Of a stretch of 64,000 nt of DNA, positions 1-12,900 are shown piece after piece (the first letter of the stretch is position 1; every line of letters begins with the position of its first letter). Location: assembly GCF_964204645.1 (NCBI RefSeq), contig NC_134029.1, forward strand, positions 7,342,850 through 7,406,849. The letters run 5' to 3'. The notes under the pieces were generated by a model, which saw only the letters and a program-made list of their open reading frames with translations, was not told where the DNA came from and ran no database searches. The position numbers and the translations under genes were made by a program. The stretch is from Tubulanus polymorphus. Its lineage: Eukaryota > Animalia > Nemertea.

Positions 1-423
1 GTTATAACAAGGTTTGACTGTACATTGAACTTTTCATACCTATAAGATTGCCACACTGTGAATATCAATGTCGGGGGTGAAATTGATGGGAAAAATTCTT
101 TTAGAACTTAAGCCTGTCAATTTGATAGACCACGATGCCTTTGCTTTTCGTCAGTATGGCAACTAAGCACTGTTTTTCCATTGTAAGAGCGAGACCACAG
201 TTTTCCGCTGTTTCTCACAACAATTTGTGTTAAGAATATTTAATATTTTGAAAACTTTTACTTCAAGAAAATATGAAAAATTCAGATTTTTACAGCGAAA
301 GAATGTGAAGAAAACGGATGAAAATTGCACCACCAATCTCACCAAGAAATGACTTATCAATCAATGTCTTATCTACCCGGATCATCCTAGTGCATAAAAA
401 TGTTCGTTATCTTTTTTTTTCAG

Positions 424-566
424 GAAACCCGCGAAACCTTTCACATTTCTGTCGATTATGCATACGTCAAACTATACCTCGCTATAAATCGATCAAAATT
501 AAACAATTACCTCTTCCTAAAAAGTTACTCGACTACTTAGACTTTCGAGATAACAACATATCGTGA
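424..566 (+). CDS. Terminal coding exon of a SOCS-box protein (ASB/WSB/SPSB-type E3 ligase adaptor); upstream exons lie outside the window
   Basis: Polypyrimidine acceptor (tttttttttcag, ending 423), then NPRNLSHFCRLCIRQTI...IKQLPLPKKLLDYL and a stop. This fits the SOCS-box pattern (BC box LxxxCRxxIR, cullin box LPLPxxLxxYL). Confidence 0.85.
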
Positions 567-3500
567 CACTACTTTAAAACTAGTCAGGAAACAGGTACGT
601 TCAGTATGACTTTTGGTTGTAACTTGCTGGCCTGGCTGGTTGGAACTGGCTTTTTCAACACCTTTCAAGTACCCACCATAGTTTCATAGTTCATTAACTT
701 TCTGCTCTTATTTTGCAGGATAATCTGATTGATACATTTGGCCAGTGATCTATTTGTCTTATCGAGAGTTGTACAGACTAAATACTGGCATTGCAGAAGA
801 GACTGTTGTATTTTACATATATTTTACCTATGTTTTCGTTGACATCTATTTGTTTTAAGGGGAATAATAATCGCCTTTTGTTGTTATAGTATCTGATATT
901 ATGTTCACTTACATCCTTGGAGTGTTCGTTGCAAAATGATTTTCGTTTTAGAGTCCATGTGAGTTAAGATTTTGAGAACAATAAATCTATTCGACGATGA
1001 TTATCCATTCATTACGTAAGCATCTAAGTTCCAATCCTTGACCGGGGCAGACATCTTTAAACAATGGCCCTGAGGTAATTTCACTGCGCCCATGTGTGGG
1101 TAGGAAGGACAAAAGATTCACTTCTGAACCTATATTGCCTGACTTAGAAAGAAATATTACTCTATCTCCCTTGAAATCATCCACGAGTGTAGAAAAAAAA
1201 TCGAACATTCTTGCAGAAGAAATGTGAAGTTCAAGATAAATATGTACTTTATTCTTCACAGATATTTTCCTGGAAAATTTACATCAATATTTTCGATAAA
1301 TTTAGTACACCAAGTAGTTACATGAATTAACGCGGCGTCTGCTGCTGATGATGATGATGTAAACTAGCGCCAAACAACACTGATGACTTGCTACTGTATT
1401 CAAGGTGAATGATAATAATAATATAATAGTGTTTATTACGCCTAGTTTTTAGTACAAATTACACAGAATGATATCTAAGCATTACGACAACAACAATATA
1501 AATCGGCTTTGACTATTTCAGATGAATCGAGAGAGTTCCCTCTCGTATCGTTTATGATATAATATGTGTCGTTCGAATACAACTAATAAAAATTCTAAAT
1601 GATGTGGAATAAAAATAGAACTGGGTCTCTACAGATCAATTATTCCTCGATATAAGTAGTTTTAAAGGAGAAAATTTTTAAATTCAAGGAAGGGACTACA
1701 TCACTCCTGATTACTGTCGACTCCTAAATCGGTACTGATTATCTCAGTAAACTGGTATTTAGGTAGTTTTATAAGCAGATTTTCATCCTACACACTACTT
1801 CACTCAGTTTCTAATTCGGTAACTGCCTAATTGGGTAAAACAAAAGAATCGAGGAGTTGTAGGGACCCTGTAGAGTAAGAATAGAGCTACAGAAATGCTG
1901 GTAACTTGACCAATCCTGTGCTTAGGACACCGCTAGCATTCAGCCGATGCCCGGATCGAATACAAATTTTTTGTTTTCTAAAATGAACAATTTTGCAGTT
2001 AATCACTTCTTCATAGACAAAGCAACTCAAAGCCATCTGAAATAGTCGCACCAGTACAAATTGTTTAGAGTAACGACACACAGAATTGTTCAAAATGCAG
2101 CACCACGACATTTACTCGCGTAGTACCGCACGTTATATACTACAGAGCAATCAGTTTCGGTACGATTAACGATTACCAAATTCAACCTTAACTACGATTT
2201 TAAATGCAACTGACACATCTGCTTAGGAAGTTTTCAAGCTATTTGAAGCAGAATGAAATTGGAATTACATAAGGGAAACCACGAAATAATTTCATACGAT
2301 GCTAGCAAAATTACTGTACAACATTTGAATGATCCGGTATTCTACTTATTTGATTCGAGATATATGACAAGCACAGTAGACTCGACTTATGTCGACAAGT
2401 AGAGAGACCTATCATAAAAGCTGCGAGGGTGAAAGGTCTAACACCCGAGTACGCTATGAAAGTGTAAATGAACAAAATTGTGAATTTTGTCATATGGAAT
2501 GGAAGATTTTTGCCGAAAGAAGCAGTTTAGCGACTTGATCGGTACAAATACAAGTATGAATCGGCAGCCAGGAAACAATATCTACCAGCCCGAAAGGTTC
2601 ACTTGTTAAATCATTTTTGACTGAAAATATTCAAGGTTAGGTCAAGACCACATGAGAAACAAAGACAATATATAAATGGAAGAATGGTGATTAAGTAGCT
2701 TTATCGTCTCTTAAGTTTGGTCCAGCCTGCCGATTTATACCTTAAAAGTGAAAGGGCGATAATGTATTTCTTCAGAAATGCATGGTTTACTGGCCTGATC
2801 AGCTACCAAGTCAAAAGAATTCCAACGTTGGCATAAAATATCTAATGATAAAAACAATCTACGTTACTGACCTCAAAGAAACGATGATTAGCAAACAATT
2901 AAGTTCAAAGATTTTACCAGAGAATCTACTGCAGTTTTCCCGTGATGTGAAACATGTTTCCTACTATTGATAAACATCTTTGGCGCGTTCATTGTGAACA
3001 TTTTTCCGAGGTGATATAACACGTCAGTGGCCGAAAAGTGAAATACAACCCGCAGCCCGACAACAGTCGTTTCATTTTTGCGTTTTCGTCGTGGTTGCGT
3101 GAAGATTAAATAATTTGATGCCATCGTTTCTAGACGCATTTATTTATTGCTTTCTACGGAACGTTGATTGTCGTTAATCGGGTAGAATACAGCAACTGAT
3201 AAATGTAAAATCCCTGAAAGAAAAATACACCGCGCGTACTGATAATAATATCAATCATTCGAATTCTAGCAGAAGATTTCCCTGATTTTCTTCGTTCATA
3301 CAAGAATAATTGATACCGGTATTTTTATATTATAAGTCTATATTAACTATACGAGTTACAAACAAATAATCACACCCACGCACACAGGTGCACACACGCA
3401 CGCAAACACAAGTAGACCATGACTCGCGAATAATCTTCGATTTTATGATGAACTAATCAGATGTGTTTCTTTTTTCTTGATAGTTCCACGTCGAAAAAAC

Positions 3501-3985
3501 AAGACAACTGCTTTCGACGCTGAATAAGTCACGAAACGGACAAAATATTTCGTTTTCTTCATCGGATCCGTAGCTTAACTCATGTACGTACAGCGTGACG
3601 ATCAAATTTTTTATCGCCGCATTGGTTTGTCGAGAACGAACGCTTGGTTCTCGACGCTAAGTCAACGTTGAAGCTAAGGCAGGTTTCGATCGAGCATTAC
3701 CTATTCCACAACGTAACTTCCGTTTCGACCGAAATACACTCTGTCTATTCGCGAAAACTGATACAACGCCAGGAGAGCTATTGTAATATTGTCATATCGC
3801 TTAAACGTGTTACAGTAATCACTTTTATCCTCAAACCGGGTTTCAATCGAAACCTGCCATACAAGGGGCTCCATCTAGATTTCTGCGCAACCTACACAGC
3901 ACTGGTGGCTACAACCGAACTAGTACATAGACTTCCACAGTTACGGTATAATACCTAGGCCCTAAAACAACCTACGATCGATGGT

Positions 3986-6900
3986 CTAATCGCTTTGATC
4001 CGATTCGTCGAAGCCGTCCATGTTGACGTCCGCTATAAGACCGACGTTCTGAGCGTGTTCGATCAACGCCGTATGACAGAATACGTATTGATCGGGCATC
4101 TGTATACTGAAAGCTCGCTGCGAACGAATGCGTCGCACTGTTTTTTCCACGTCTACCGTTCCGACGTCGGCTAAACGTCTCATATTAATATCCATAGTTA
4201 CAAATGTCCCTGAAAATGAAAAACATTGTTTACCAATTTCATCTAAAATGACGCATGCCATCAATAAAGGTAGCCCATAATGTCAACCTCCTTTACAATA
4301 AACTAGGGGTCCAGGGACACCATGCCCACTTGGGAAGTGGTTTCAAATGCTCAATAATCTAACAATTTCAACATTCAACGCCCCTGGTGACCATTTACAA
4401 AAACCAATGACCTTGAAACTCACCACAATCATAGAACATGTCAGCAGCTACGATTTTGTAATTGATTGTGATATCAAAATATGCCTCGTTACCAATTCAA
4501 TATGGAAATACTAAGTCATTCTACTATTCAACGCCCCCTGGTGACCATATTCAAAACCCAATGACCTCGAAACTCACCACAATCATAGAACATGTCATGA
4601 ACTACAACTTTGCAATTGATCATGGTATCAAAATATGCCTAGGTACCAATATAATAAGGAAATACTAATTTATTCTACTATTCAACGCCCCCTGGTGACC
4701 ATATAGAAAAACTTATGTCCTTAAAACTCGCAACAATCATAGATGATGTCATGAGCTACAACTTTCCAATTGATTGTGGTTACAAAATATGCATAGGTAC
4801 GAATATAATAAAGAAATGCTAAGATATTGTATTATTCAACGCCCCCTGGTGGCCATATACGAAATCCAATTACCTTGAAAACTCACCAAAATCATAGAAC
4901 ACGTTATGAGCTACAACTTTCTAATTGATTGTGGTAGCAAAATATGCTTAGGTATCAATATAATGTGGAAAAACTTTTTCCCACTTACGAATGAGTACTG
5001 GTGACACCAAGATGGCTGCCAATTGCGTCATAATTGGCTGATGAAAAATACCTGTCTCAGGTATAAAACATCCCTTTCCAAAGAATACCCATCACAAATT
5101 GTAATGAGAAATGGCAAACCAGTAGGAAGCTACAGGACTCAGAATTCGGGCCAAAATTAACATTTTTGGGCACTAAAAAGGTCATAGGACGGCCATCTTG
5201 AGTCCGACCGACCCAATTTTTGTTATGTTGATGGGCCCTGGGGGGATTCACATATATCCGAAAGATCAAGGTAATTGATCAAAGCGTCTTCAAAATTTCC
5301 CTCAAAAAGTTCAAAAATGTGTAAAAAGTGCTGATTTTGGCGAAAAACAATGGCTGCCAGTCGGCCATCTTGATTCTGACAGGGCCAGTTTTTGGACTGA
5401 AGATGTGTCTAGGGTAGATACATGTGTAACCCAAATATCAAGACATTACCTTGAAGCGTCTTCAAAACTTCCCAAAATAACTGGATTCCGTCTACGGACG
5501 GACGACGGACGAAAAGTGAACGCAATAGCCCGCTGGGACAAGTCCCAAGTGGGCTAAAAATACATTCAGTTTATTTGCTCCTGCGTTCGACAATGTCTTT
5601 TTTTTTAAAGTTTTGGGGTAATCAGAATTGGGTCATCTTTGGAGCTATCAAAGTTCAACCTATCAACCATCACATTTAATGGCTGACTATAATCTTTCGT
5701 TTAATTTTCAAAATTATTCTACTAAACTTTTGAAACCTATGAAGCCCTATCTTAAACTTATGAATCCGATTATTCAGGAAACTGATAATTTACCTGTACG
5801 TCCAATACCTGCACTGCAGTGCACAACCATCGGCGGTCCGAGAGGATGCCCGGTCCACGCGGTACCCAGACGCTTCACTTTTTGTGCTTGTTCTTCGCGG
5901 ACTCTGAACAAGAATTGTAGGAATGCTTTAGCGCTGTGCGGAACGCCGAAGTCTGGCCAGCTGATAAATTGTAGATGGATGATTTCGCGTGACTCTGCGG
6001 TCTACAAAACAAAATTCAATCTTTGTGGCATTGTTTTTAAAAGGTCTAAATGGTTCAACCTTGCCTATTTAGATATGGATAATGCCATAATCGCAAAATT
6101 TGTTTTAAGTGTCAATAAAGTTCTATCGTATTGTATTTTATCCCCGAGGGGATTGAAGAATATCGGGGGCAAACACTAAAAAACCAACACTTCAAACCCA
6201 CATTCAAACTCGTACCTTCGTATTTTGCAGCACCAAATTTGTGACGATGAAATCCGTGTTCTTTTCAATTCCGACGTTGATGACGACGAAATCTCCTAAT
6301 TCTTCATCGCTATCTTCCTCCGCCGGCCAGTACTGTCCGCATTTTAACCGACTTCGTTCGACCGTCCTGAAATTTATGTCGACAACCTATGACAGAATTT
6401 CCCATGAAAACTAGAAAGTAAATAGATCGGCCGTATCGCTTTCTGATTGGTGGCTAGGGTAGATACATACATAAAACTTCGCAAACTTCCCAACAAAGCT
6501 AGATTCTGTTTACAGGCAGATGGATGGACAGATGATGGACGATAAGTGATGCAATAGTCCTAAGGGGGCTAAAAAGCATATACAGTGACTCAAAAGTGAT
6601 GAAGATGGTAAACCACCAATGATGGAGAGTCAACTGTACAAAGGTGTTTCCAGGTCATCTTGTACGTACCGCGTCGTCATTACAATGACTAGAACTTGTT
6701 GTTCCCATATCATCTGCCAGAAGTCAGGATAAGTTCTGGGTAGTGGTCCTACAAAAAACAATAGTTAGCCATCCAATAGAGTGTGTGCAAAACATCAATA
6801 AGTAATAAGTTTACCGCTTTTAAATAATACATCATTATCATCATTATTATTATCACAGGTTTGCCAAACTCTGAAAATGCCATCAGTAACAAATTGAATT

Positions 6901-9900
6901 TTTTTCAGTAACATTTCATTGAAATGAGAAAGAAAATGTTTGAATTAATCAGTAGTAATCAACCAGAAACAGTTGGCAGCTCCGTTATCATTATCATATG
7001 CCACCGATAAAATACGGCTACTGTAATGCACAAAATGATGAACGTACCTTGAGTGTTAATGTAAGCATTTTTCTGTTTGTATCCATCTAAGAAGTTTGCA
7101 TTGATATAGTCGTCTTGGCCGCACAGTCTCACGCGCGATTCATCCATGCACAACACATCGGTGTAACGGTTTTTACTGGCATTGTGTTTTTTTCTGAAAT
7201 TATTTCGGTAATGATAATCGATAAGTAATAAATCAGTACTAAAATTCGGTGCACAAACACCTTATGCCCTTGACTCAAAACTGTACTGAGATGTAATGGT
7301 TCCTGAGACTGAGAGTCCCTACGTAATTTACTAAATTACTAATCTAACTTATCAAATCTAATTTCCCCATACGATTTACAAAATTCAAGACCGTTTTCAG
7401 ACTTGAGCCACAACTCAACAACTGGGCCTTCGGTTTGAGGTTTTTTTTCTAGTTTTTGATTGAGGTGGAAGAAGGGCCAGGCAATAACCTCTGCCACCAC
7501 CAGAGTTGTTCAAAAGTTGGTAAAGTTAACCAGTGGATAGATGACATAGTGACAATTTAAATTACGTTGTAACGCAGTATTTGTCCACCTGGGCCCGGTG
7601 CCACAGTTGTGAGAAAATCAGTTCATTTTCAATGTTTTAACTCCATAGAGTCATATTTGACTCACGACTGTGGAACTGGTTTCAGGTTCCACGTACCTCG
7701 CTTCCAAAAATGTACCGGTAGGTTGTTCCGATTTGATACCCATGTAATCCACGCGAAAACCGACTTTACGCTTCGAGCGGCAATAGTTAACGAATTCCTG
7801 AATCGTCAGACCGCCGTCCGCGACGTGAATCGAATCTTCGAACGCCGACGACGGCGGCCGATGTTTCTTACGCGGCAAAGTCCCCTTGCTTTGATCGGCG
7901 CACTGAGCAGCGGCCGTCTCCGAGCCGCGTTTACACGGCAGCGAGTTCCCCGTCGACGACGAGATCTGATCGTTGCCAGCGCGTTTGATTTTCGAGACGT
8001 CGTCCTTTTCGAATTCGACCTCTTTCTCGCGGTCTTCGTTGTTGTGTTTTTCGGGAAGGGTTTCGTGCGAGTCCTCGCTTTCCATGTCGCTGATGATCGG
8101 GTTGGTTTCGACGCCCGGTGAGGCGGCCGTCGCTAGCTGCGTGTTATTGTCCGTCGGGATCGTGCACGTTTCTAACTGATTAGCCATTGTTTGTATACAG
8201 CGACGAGCCCACTCGCTGTGATTCGACGTAAGAACACCCCCGAGTGATACCGGTAACGATTCTTTAGGTATATGAACTGGAAGCTGATTAAGGCTCACGG
8301 TATAAACCTGCAAATGAATGAATGCAGTATTATGAAATAAGATACTATAGGAAGAAGCAGCTTTCATGTAATAGTGAGACTTTGACTAAGATCAGAGCAT
8401 CATATGTAATATGTAAAAATGAAAGTTATTTTAATAACCAGAGGTCTTCAGAGCTCAGTTCCACAGTTTTAAGTTCAATTGCCTTATTGAGTTGGCTAGT
8501 GCACCTAAAAATTTATTTTCAACTCATTCAACTCCCGTGTTATCTGTGGTACAGGTTAAAATTTGAAATGTTGGTGTAATAAAAGCCATAATTATTGATT
8601 ATGTGCCTATTAAGTTAACACGATTGGTTGAATACAAAGAGGGACCAAAAAAGATAACGGCATGTATAAGATGAGCAAGATATCATTTTTCAGTAACAAA
8701 TATGAGTGTATTAATACAGTGCAAAAAAGAATCAATTTGTTGTAGGAATTCGAATACAATACATACATATTACTTAGTGACTTACCCTGTCTCGTAGTTT
8801 TTCTCTGACAAATAGACGTAGAATTTTAAAAGGCGCTCTAAACCACAATGGAGCAGTTACTATCAAAACCTTCTTTAAACGTGCCGGGTATCCACCCTAG
8901 AAAAATTTACAAAATATCTGTGCAATTGTTTCTAAGACAATTCGTTAGTGTTCCTCAAATAATGAAACTATACTATAGTCAGACAAACTTCGAACTAATG
9001 CTGCTTCCTTACCTTAAGCATGTTGAGTATTTTAATACTGAGATCATAGTCAAAGTTGTTGTATTTCGATCTGGTCATATCATAAATGAAAACCAATCCA
9101 TTTCGTTGGGTTTCATAACTGTAAACAACAAAGCACGTATCAGTATTATCTTATCAGGCTTTATGTTTGAGATTTAGGAATGGGAAGGAACAGTTTGGTT
9201 CCGCCCAATGGAATTCGTCAAGCTGACTATGATTTGAAATCATATCTTTAATTCAGTGAAGTGAACTTCAAGTTAGACGGGGTGGTCACTTGCTTATTTA
9301 CCCTGACTTTTCCTTGACATGAATGTGGTTTTCCCTGACTGCTGAGAACCCAATCAATTAACACAGTCAAATATATGTAAAACATAGACGGGAACTGTTT
9401 GATTGTATGCGCCATCTAGCAATCTCAACAGATTTCCCTGACTATTCCCTGATCTCCAGGTAAGTGGCCACCCTGTTGGATCCAAATCGAGTTAATTGTA
9501 GATCCACATTAAGGCAGTACGCTTACCTTTCCAGCGCGGTGTCCAATTGAATAACGAGTCCTTTCAATGTATCCTGGTGGGTGGTTTGAAGTGGGAGGTG
9601 ATTGCAAGCGGTAAATAAAGCGATTGATGCCCCACTATTGTCTCGACTTGCCTAAAAATACACGAAGAAAAGCATATATCAACCACCCATTCCAAGATCA
9701 ATGTACGTGAAACAGATTCTTGTTAAATTTACATAAGTTATCACATTCAAGTTGGTTCAGGTAGTTGGTTCTTTTTTAGTTACCGAATGACTATTTAGAA
9801 AATGAGACAAGCCAAGTTTAACTGACCAAATTGGATAATGGAGGTCCGTATCAGGCCTCCTATACTTGCATGGCATAGTGATTTAGGATAAACGTGATCA

Positions 9901-12900
9901 ATCTTAGCCAGCATCTTATACAAAGAGAAAAACATTGTAGAGGTCATTGTTCCTCGTTTAAGGCAATGCTACTCGCTTACTCATATCCTAAGTATATGTC
10001 ATGCACCAAATACCTAATATCATGTACTTCTACGAACAGGAAGCCTAAGGCACTAAGATATGCGTCACTGTCCTTCGGCGGGATTTTTGACGCAATAGAA
10101 ACAACAACCAATGCTAAATTGGTGAGATACTAAACTGGGTTCGCAGGGGGTTGAACACTTAAATAAGAACACAAAATGTCCATTAATGATGGATTCACAT
10201 TGATACCGTCTTATTCAACAATCCAACGAGACAAGTCCAACCATGTATCAACAACTAGATCAGAACTTTCCGACTAGGAAAGAGACTATCAGTACTTGGA
10301 ACTGTTTAATTACACCTATAATGTGTATTGGCAGGAAGTTGCCCACGTAAAACGTATCGATATCTCGGAAATCAATAAGAAATAAGTTGTAAAATGCAGA
10401 GACATTATTAGTCTGCAGACAGTGAGTGGGTGTGTTTGTGTCTACTGCGTTATTGAGTCAGTTAATTAATCCTGTCTCAGTCCTGCAGCTATTAATGGAT
10501 TTATCAGACAGTTCAACCTTTTCTACAATACCTACATCGGGACTGTGTTAGTTTATCGACATCTAAGGAAGGAGCTAGGGAAAACGATTTCATTAGAAAA
10601 CAACGAGATTCTGGAATTCTAGTACACGCATAGGCCTAGTCATTCTCAGAAATCGTTTTCAATATATATTGTACACAGAAAATGAGTTGAAATGCCCACT
10701 AGTCTTATACAGAATTATTGCCATTTAAGTTCATGTACAGCGTGATTGCATAGATTGCTACATGTTTATCTATTCCATTCTTACCAATACGGTGAATTTC
10801 CCGGTTTTTAATTCGTCGTGAAGTCGTGTGTCCCTTGGATCGATCAGAACTAATCCTTCACGTTGACGCGTTTCCTTTAACCAGAAAAAAAAAGCAATTA
10901 ATGAAACTATTTCTCAACTCTGAAAAAATATCAGACCATTGTCAAGCGTCAGTTGGAGTTATTTTGTCAAAATATTAATGGCACCAATATGTAAAGGGTC
11001 GAGTTCAGTTCCAGTAGTAAAAGATCCGTAAATTTCAAATTTTCATCAATTAATAACAACGAAATGAGACCAGTCAATCCGCCTCGAGTATAAAACGACG
11101 ATGGAATTTTCAAAGTTAGAAGTTCCGTCGCATTTCAAGAAAAACGTAAATTCTTTACCTGATGGGCAATGAATAATTCTATGGCGCGATTAACGTCGAA
11201 TTTCCTTGCCATCAAAAACTTAACAGCAGTGTTCCAGGCCACCGGGCCATTATGTATCGCAAGTTGAAGGCCACAAACTCGTTCGATAAAGTCTTTGACA
11301 GCCTACATAGAAGAGTAAGTAGAAATAAATACATTGATCGGTGGAAAAAGTGCCGGGAAGAAGAACGTAATATATACTAGAAATTTCTGGGAACATAATT
11401 AAGGACACCACTGACTTAATTAGTAGTCAACTGTTTTAGTAGGCTAATCAAATCAACAAACAATGTATAAGTATCATTATTATCATCTTGCAATGTAGCA
11501 CAACCTGCTATATGTCTATAGTGATATTCATATTCAAAATACGTAGAAGGGAAATATGAGAAATAATTTATCGATAGAAATAATGAAGTCGACTCATCGA
11601 TTTCAAAGAAAGCAAGGAGAATGAAACGGCATTAACACATTTAGTTTCAAAATCACGAAATATAAAAAGCTTAAAATATTACTGACACCTTTCCAGCACC
11701 AGGTTGACTATGACATTTAACAATATTCATGTTCCCTAAATACAAGTCATAATCCACGCACACTCCAGCGGAACACAGAATTACGTAACAGAAAAGCATG
11801 ATTTCAAAGGGATAAAGACTAAAACCAATGATTAATAGTTAATATCAGAGAAATACCTTCCTCACCAAAAAAGAGCATAAGGTCACAACTTAAAGATGTT
11901 TTAATGAAATTAGCGCCTAAATGTATTTTTGGTGGCTTTATTTTCAACTAAGAATTAAACTACGGATAAAATGGGGGAATGATTTAGATATCTACGTAAT
12001 TAACCCAAAGCAGGTGGAATCTGTAGCAAACTGTGGTGTGAGTAAAATGTATATTTTGAAAGAATACACGATCAAGCAGTTTTAAGCAATGAAACCCCAT
12101 TCAAAGATTTCACAAATTTCAAAATAAATAAATTCAATGATTTGAAATCATATTTCAATAGGGGAGCACACAGAACGTATTTTCTTTTTTTTTCGCGAAG
12201 ACTCGAATTAAGCGATCATCTTTAAAAGTGAAACACCGTATTTCTGTTGATCAGAGACGTGTAAAGTGGAGGACACTGCGAAAAAGTTTCAGTAAATTTT
12301 TAGTAGAAACTGCTTGCCAATAATGCCTGTTAATAAACGAAATATCACTACAAAAGACAGGAGGAATTGATAGGAGAAATTTACCAATGATAACAATGAC
12401 AATTATATGATCAAGTGAAATGTTCGGATTGTTTTGGATCGTTTCTGAAAAATATCAATATTGCACAAACAAATAAAACGCTTAGTTTTAAGCAATCACA
12501 AATTAATAAACGTAAGCCTAAAACAATGGAATGTATGGTTAATTATTGATTCAACGTAATTGAAATAAATAACAAAAACCTGGGCCAAATAAATGGGATA
12601 CCGGCAACACCAGATGGCGCAACAAAATACCGGGTTATTCGTAGTGAGAATCAGTTCGTTTTCGATGAAATTTGAATTTGATTTTTATGCTTCCTAATTC
12701 GAGAATTATCAAACGAGCCATCTGATAGATATAAGATTCCCTTCCTTACTCAGCGATGATATTGATTTCACCGAAAATTGATTTACTTATCGGAAAAGTT
12801 GACTCGAATTTTATTGAAATATAGAATTTGAAGTGCGGTAACCCAGTGCCACTAGCAATCCTTGCGCATTATCGCCGAATTCTCGCTCCCCCTCGGTGTC

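Noticed and set aside
4373-4960. Regularly spaced ATTCAACGCCCCCTGGTG repeats resembling a CRISPR array
   Set aside because: The intervening sequences are homologous to each other (tandem units, not unique spacers), the context is a eukaryotic intron, and there are no cas genes.
5628-8179. Plus-strand ORFs of 183, 170 and 68 aa
   Set aside because: Antisense shadows of PTPN9 exons with no recognisable domains.
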